From Candidatus Saccharimonadales bacterium (lineage in GTDB: Bacteria; Patescibacteriota; Saccharimonadia; Saccharimonadales; UBA10212), in NCBI GenBank assembly GCA_049521895.1, contig JBEKOJ010000001.1, positions 34,717-98,716 on the forward strand: 64,000 bases of DNA. The letters run 5' to 3'. The position numbers and the translations under genes are program-made. The notes below the pieces were generated by a model that was given only the letters and a program-made list of their open reading frames with translations, was not told where the DNA came from and did not search any database. This document shows, piece after piece, positions 59,559-64,000 of the stretch. Within the stretch, counting starts at the first letter, position 1, and each line of letters starts with the position of its first letter.

Positions 59559-59740
59559 CACTTTTTCCTCGGGAAAAGCAGCCCGAGCGTCGGATTTACT
59601 CCGCGCCCGGCGCGATGAGAAACCCCGAGGAGGTGTCTCATAAGCGTAAGCGCTGCTAAACAACTATTGAGATCGATATACATGACCTCGGCCGGCGCAC
59701 TGTTAAGCGGCAACTGTAGATACGAGCCGTGATGCGGCAT
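59558..59740 (-). CDS. 60-codon upstream ORF derived from a duplicated polymerase 5' end, TGATG-coupled to the polymerase start
   Basis: Sequence LQLPLNSAPAEVMYIDLNSC parallels LRLPLNEAEPQIMHVDLNSC. Its stop overlaps ATG 59558. Confidence 0.3.
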   Translation of the reverse strand: MPHHGSYLQLPLNSAPAEVMYIDLNSCLAALTLMRHLLGVSHRAGRGVNPTLGLLFPRKK

Positions 59741-60008
59741 AGTTAGGCTCCGCTATAGAAACCAATATCCAGCTGAGGGCAGCAGCGTCAAACTCCAGGC
59801 GGTAATCGGCGCTGCCATCAGACATATCAAATACGTGTACCATGCGCTGGCCCTTTTTAGTTGGGTGGCGCAGGCCGGTTTCGGTAAAGGTAACACGCCG
59901 ACTGCCCCACTCCATACTCTTGGGAAAGCAGCGCAAGCGCCGTCCGCGGTTATGAAAGTAGTAAGCGACAATATTTACCTCTTTATTGATTTGGTTTACG
60001 TTTTCCAT
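59703..60008 (-). CDS. hypothetical protein upstream of the Y-family polymerase
   Basis: 101 aa. AGGAG SD. No recognisable domain. Confidence 0.4.
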   Translation of the reverse strand: MENVNQINKEVNIVAYYFHNRGRRLRCFPKSMEWGSRRVTFTETGLRHPTKKGQRMVHVFDMSDGSADYRLEFDAAALSWILVSIAEPNYAASRLVSTVAA

Positions 60009-60431
60009 TTTTAACTCCTAGTCCGGATTATTTAAAGTTATAAAAAGAGAGCCATCCATCTGTTGATTTGATGTTGGCGAACGGTTTTTGAAAACGGAGT
60101 TGCCGGATAAAAACTTCCAACCGTTCTTAAAAGTCTCATAACCGGAAACTTAGCGCGTATTTTAGGGTTGGCAGTGACAGCTGTGTACCACCCTGGGTTG
60201 TGTAGTAGTCTACGCGGAGGAACCCTTCGACAAGCTCAGGGAGCCCACGTATGGCTAAGCCCAATTATATGGCATTATGCTTGTGTCTAGCAATAGAAAC
60301 TGCGGGCTTCATAAGAAAAACTTGCTATGCCGCCGGCGACCTTCGCCCCTGTTAACAGCAGTTAGGGTGTGCTATGCTTTGAGGGTTAAAAATAATTGAC
60401 GGCCCCTTTAAAGTTCAAGACACGATACTTT

Positions 60432-60506
60432 GGTCCCATCGTCTAGCGGTTAGGACGCCAGGTTCTCATCCTGGCAACAGGGGTTCGATTCCCCTTGGGA
60501 TCACCA
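60432..60506 (+). tRNA. tRNA-Glu (anticodon CUC), CCA encoded
   Basis: Cloverleaf read by hand: acceptor GGTCCCA/TGGGATC, anticodon stem CCAGG/CCTGG with loop TTCTCAT, T-arm GGGGTTCGATTCCCC. Confidence 0.9.
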
Positions 60507-60521
60507 ATTGCCTTGAGCCCG

Positions 60522-61844
60522 CTAGGGCTTATATGAAACTTCGCTGGCAGATGCTACCAGGCTTATCCAAGTCTGGCCAGCATCGAGCTTAATCGGATTA
60601 CCACTCGAGTCTTTAAATGCAAGCTGGTCGAAAATGCCGGCCTTGTTCCAAGTGCCAACTGTTACGCCACCATCCTGGAATACGTAAACCGTGCCGCTAC
60701 CAGTATCGGCGTACTCGGAGTAGTATGCGCCGGAAGCATCAAGCGCTCCGTTGGAGAGAGGAACTACTATCGTGATCACCACCTTGGGGTCAAGCTGCAC
60801 GCCGGTAGTGTCGCTGGCGCTAACCAAATCCATATGCGCTGCCCCACCCTCGCTGCGTAGATAGCTATTATTGGCCGCGTTGTAGTCATAATGCGCATAA
60901 TAATCTGGTCCGGAGATAGCAAAATCTATGGTTTTGGCAGTCGGCACCGCCAATTTCTTATCGGCTTTACGCGGCCAGCTGGTGAAACTGCTACTATTAT
61001 AGCCCTTGGATTTATTGAGGGCGTCCAGCTGGCTAAAGCTAGTGTATACGTTATGAGGCGCGTACCTACTGTTTACGCGTGTAAAATAATTGCCGTTAAA
61101 AAATTGGTCCAGGTTACGAAAGCTACCGTTTCCAACCTCGGACAGCGCATCCGGGCTGCCGCCTACATGTACAATGCTGGCTTGGAAGGGTGCCGCGTAA
61201 TCTATGTAGTAGGGCCGTAGTGAACGCACGGGCCCGATGTACTGGGGGGAGCTATCTTGGAATAGGGCCAAAAAGCGTGTGACACCACCTTCAGCTATGG
61301 CCTCGTATACCACGCCAGCATCCTGTAAGCCGGATTGCGGCCGGGCATCACCACTGTTTTCTATCATTATTCCCGTGACTGGCCGGGCGGCTAAGGCCGG
61401 AGCCACCCGTACGCCGGTAAGCGGAGAGGCTACAGTAGCGGGTACCTTAGGCTTATGCTTGGTAAATGAATATGACGCCCCACCACCTGAATGCTCATAT
61501 GTATAAATTAAAAATGAACCTGCTCCAAGTATTAGTAAAGCCAATGCAATGATACCGAAGCGCAGGTTACGGTTGAGCCGGCGCCACCAGGCGAAGCTGA
61601 AACACCAGCGTCTACTGGCTTTTTGCTTGTGGGCTTTAGCTTCCAGCTCGGCTTCATTGATCCCTATGGTATCAGACGAGGGTATCGCGAGTGGTACTGG
61701 CTGAGCTGCTGTTTCCGGTTTAACGCGGGCAAGCCGCTTCTGGGCTTCACTATGCGATTGGCCGCGCAGGCGTAAACTGTGCATTGGTTTATGGGCGGAT
61801 ACGTGTGGTCTAGGCCACCCGGGCGGCGGTGTTATGTCGTCCAT
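60522..61844 (-). CDS. DUF3048 (YerB-like) membrane-anchored protein with long N-terminal extension
   Basis: Sequence PLTGV...RPVTGIMIENSGDARPQSGLQDAGVVYEAIAEGGVTRFLALF...GPVRSLRPYYIDYA. TM at ~aa 95-115. Confidence 0.6.
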   Translation of the reverse strand: MDDITPPPGWPRPHVSAHKPMHSLRLRGQSHSEAQKRLARVKPETAAQPVPLAIPSSDTIGINEAELEAKAHKQKASRRWCFSFAWWRRLNRNLRFGIIALALLILGAGSFLIYTYEHSGGGASYSFTKHKPKVPATVASPLTGVRVAPALAARPVTGIMIENSGDARPQSGLQDAGVVYEAIAEGGVTRFLALFQDSSPQYIGPVRSLRPYYIDYAAPFQASIVHVGGSPDALSEVGNGSFRNLDQFFNGNYFTRVNSRYAPHNVYTSFSQLDALNKSKGYNSSSFTSWPRKADKKLAVPTAKTIDFAISGPDYYAHYDYNAANNSYLRSEGGAAHMDLVSASDTTGVQLDPKVVITIVVPLSNGALDASGAYYSEYADTGSGTVYVFQDGGVTVGTWNKAGIFDQLAFKDSSGNPIKLDAGQTWISLVASASEVSYKP

Positions 61845-61876
61845 CCCTTTATTGTAACAAAACCCCTTAAGTTTAC

Positions 61877-63301
61877 TTAAGACAGGGCAGCCCCCGCAGC
61901 CTTTATGCGCTCCAAGCTTTTATTTTTCCCCAATACATGTAGCGTTTCTGATAGGCCCGGGCTGGCAGGAGCCCAGGTAGTAGCAACTCGGATCAAGCTG
62001 AATAGCACACTGGGCTTTTGGCTGGTCTCCTCAAGCAGTCCATTAAGGATTTTGTTAAGGCCTTCAACCGAGAAATCGCTGTGCTGTAATCCCAAACTGA
62101 CTTTTTCTAGTAGCGCCCTCAACTCATCGTGACTGAACTTGCCTAGCTGTTCATTGTTATCAATCAACTTTAAATCCACTGGTAAGTCTTCAAAGAAAAA
62201 ACTGGTTAGACTGGGAATCTCAGCCAGGAACTTCAGCCGCTCGCTTATCAAGCCAAGAACAGCTTTTTTGTATTCGTCAGAAACTCCGACAGCCAAGCGC
62301 GGCCAGAAATCTTTCGATAACTCATAAAGCTCATCCAACGGCTTTTCGCGGATATAGTGCCCATTCATCCAAAGCAGCCGCTGCTCGTCAAAACGCGCCC
62401 CACCTTTTTGTATATGATTGAGGCTAAATTTAGCTACCAGCTCTTCTCGGCTGAATATTTCTTGCTCGCTGCCATCATTCCAACCAAGACTGGCTATAAA
62501 GTTTATCAATGCTTCGGGCAAGAAACCATTTTTCAAGTAGTCCAGCACGTCCTTGGCTCCATCACGTTTAGACAATTTCTTTTTGCCGTCCGGACCCAAG
62601 ATGTGCGGCACTGTCGCCATAAGCGGAGGTCGCACGCCTAGGGCTTCATAGAGATTAAGATAATTCGGCACACTGGCCAAAAATTCTTGCCCGCGGATAA
62701 TATGCGTAATTTTCATCTCAGTATCGTCGATGACGTGACCAAAATTATAAGTAGGATAGCCGTCGGATTTGATCAGTACAAAATCGTCGATAACTTCTGG
62801 CCCAGTCGATAAGTCACCCATTACTTCATCGTGCCAGTGGTATGGCTTGGGGTCGGATCTAAAACGCAACGGCCGGCCAATGTCCCAAGCTGGCGGGTTT
62901 TCTGGCCGGTGCTGGCGAAACAAAAAAGCCTTTTTCTGTTCCTTGGCTGCTTGGCGGAATTGTTCCAGCTGCTCAGTGCTGTACGGATCGGCGTAAGCCC
63001 GGCCGCTAGCTATTAATTTTTTCGCCCACTGCCTGTAGCTTGCCAGCCGCTCGCTCTGGCGGTACGGCGCGTATGGTCCGCCAATATCGGGACCTTCGTC
63101 GTAGTCTAAGCCAAGTGCTTTAAGACTCTGCATAACATGCTTATCGGCACCGGCAACTTCGCGCTTCTTGTCGGAATCTTCCAACCTTAGGATAAATTGG
63201 CCCTTGCCCTGCCTGGCGACCAGCCAGGAGAAGAGTGCCGTTCGTGCGCCACCAACATGTAGATACCCCGTTGGACTAGGAGCAAATCTAGTTCTAGCCA
63301 T
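61877..63301 (-). CDS. gltX: glutamate--tRNA ligase
   Basis: Sequence RFAPSPTGYLHVGGARTALF (HIGH) and KLSKR (KMSKS). 474 aa. Confidence 0.95.
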   Translation of the reverse strand: MARTRFAPSPTGYLHVGGARTALFSWLVARQGKGQFILRLEDSDKKREVAGADKHVMQSLKALGLDYDEGPDIGGPYAPYRQSERLASYRQWAKKLIASGRAYADPYSTEQLEQFRQAAKEQKKAFLFRQHRPENPPAWDIGRPLRFRSDPKPYHWHDEVMGDLSTGPEVIDDFVLIKSDGYPTYNFGHVIDDTEMKITHIIRGQEFLASVPNYLNLYEALGVRPPLMATVPHILGPDGKKKLSKRDGAKDVLDYLKNGFLPEALINFIASLGWNDGSEQEIFSREELVAKFSLNHIQKGGARFDEQRLLWMNGHYIREKPLDELYELSKDFWPRLAVGVSDEYKKAVLGLISERLKFLAEIPSLTSFFFEDLPVDLKLIDNNEQLGKFSHDELRALLEKVSLGLQHSDFSVEGLNKILNGLLEETSQKPSVLFSLIRVATTWAPASPGLSETLHVLGKNKSLERIKAAGAALS

Positions 63302-63343
63302 ATCACCAGTATACTAGTGACTGAGGGGTGGCGGCCAGGGATT

Positions 63344-63937
63344 TTATTGCATACTGTCGGCTATACTACGAATCTGATCCGATGATAAACCGGCCTGATC
63401 GCTGAGGGTGTGCAAAACTCCGCGATTTACCCACGAAGCATTATTATTCGCACCGTATATATATACCGTAGTGCCGTTTGAAGTCTGGACCTGGTCGCTT
63501 TTAGCCCCTACACTGGCAGCCAGGGTGCTGCTGTCCCAATTTGAAGCCTGCTGAGTGATAGAAAACGTCTGGGAGCTATCCTCACTTGATTTAAACTCGA
63601 TAGTCACGGCTTTGTTGGTGTGGCTGACCGGTACGGCTATCGCAAAACCGACTGGCGTGTAGCTCGGAATCGAAGCACTGACATGAGCTTCATTAGTTGC
63701 TAGGCGCATTGAAACCTGTGGGATATTCTGCCAAGCAAAAAAGCTGCCAAGCAGCAAAACAACTAATGAGCTGACACCAATGCTCAGCCATCTGGGCATG
63801 AGCTTGATACGACCCCACAGGCTATTGCCGGCCAGCTGTCGCCGGATCATATCTTTATGATAATCAGCGCGAGTCAACGCTTCGTCTAACAGCCGTTCTA
63901 AATTGCGCGGCGAAACACTAGCTACCAAGCTAGGCAT
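63344..63937 (-). CDS. bitopic membrane hypothetical protein (may extend beyond the window edge)
   Basis: TM LSIGVSSLVVLLLGSFFAW and a beta-rich ectodomain. The frame stays open to the window end. Confidence 0.35.
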   Translation of the reverse strand: MPSLVASVSPRNLERLLDEALTRADYHKDMIRRQLAGNSLWGRIKLMPRWLSIGVSSLVVLLLGSFFAWQNIPQVSMRLATNEAHVSASIPSYTPVGFAIAVPVSHTNKAVTIEFKSSEDSSQTFSITQQASNWDSSTLAASVGAKSDQVQTSNGTTVYIYGANNNASWVNRGVLHTLSDQAGLSSDQIRSIADSMQ

Positions 63938-64000
63938 GGCTTGCGTGCTGGCTGCTACAACGCCTGATTGGGGCGCAGTAAGGGCTGTAGGGCGTGTTAT

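Noticed and set aside
60009-60431. 420-bp ORF-free region upstream of tRNA-Glu as an ncRNA or integration hotspot
   Set aside because: I found only scattered short palindromes (for example ACAGCTGT). There is no promoter-terminator pair, no recognisable RNA motifs, no integrase and no direct repeat of the tRNA 3' end. It is not supportable from sequence alone.

Overview
This is a 64-kb window from a gene-dense bacterial chromosome that uses the standard genetic code: RF2 is present, and TGA, TAA and TAG all terminate ORFs. The gene content includes FtsEX next to a PcsB-like CHAP hydrolase, a SipW/TasA-like pair, DUF3048, a single-chain GlyRS, a stripped-down dcw cluster and many small salvage or house-cleaning enzymes. 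This suggests a reduced-genome, Gram-positive-like lineage, possibly Patescibacteria/Saccharibacteria-like. That placement is inference only; there is no rRNA in the window. Layout: (i) 0-20 kb is housekeeping, with M16 peptidase, prfB, ftsE/ftsX, a PcsB-like hydrolase, S41 protease, pyrG, rpmA, xseAB, a degenerate kinase plus receiver plus recO, and glyQS. (ii) 20-34 kb is an accessory island bracketed by two NYN-domain paralog modules. It holds a same-strand array of single-gene units, each fronted by a conserved AAAAMCAGMGTAAAAT junction motif, a roughly 0.6-kb high-GC foreign insert on the opposite strand, a TasA-like/SipW pair and a GH1 beta-glucosidase. (iii) 34.3-42.8 kb is mraZ (with GTGGGT operator boxes), rsmH, ftsL-like, ftsI, mraY, ftsW, murG and ftsQ-like, followed by an ABC-2 exporter and a 2H phosphoesterase. 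(iv) 45.1-45.7 kb is a 600-bp AT-rich gap where gene orientation switches from + to -. It contains a dif-like palindrome. (v) 45.7-64 kb is minus-strand genes: an orphan VirD4/HerA-like ATPase, a sigma-r4/HARE-HTH protein with paired operators, topA, dprA, a promoter-to-terminator structured RNA candidate (+), pth, der, a two-component pair, a Y-family polymerase with a duplicated 5' end, tRNA-Glu (+), DUF3048 and gltX. Recurrent small elements run through the whole window. These are a MITE family with 4-bp target duplications (one copy rewrites the C-terminus of RF2), AT-rich heptamer palindromic intergenic modules, a GGGAATAC hairpin repeat, and widespread leaderless-type promoters with the -10 hexamer 6-10 nt from the start codon. 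No CRISPR array, rRNA gene, transposase or integrase was seen. Coordinates I indexed by hand may be off by about 1 nt.
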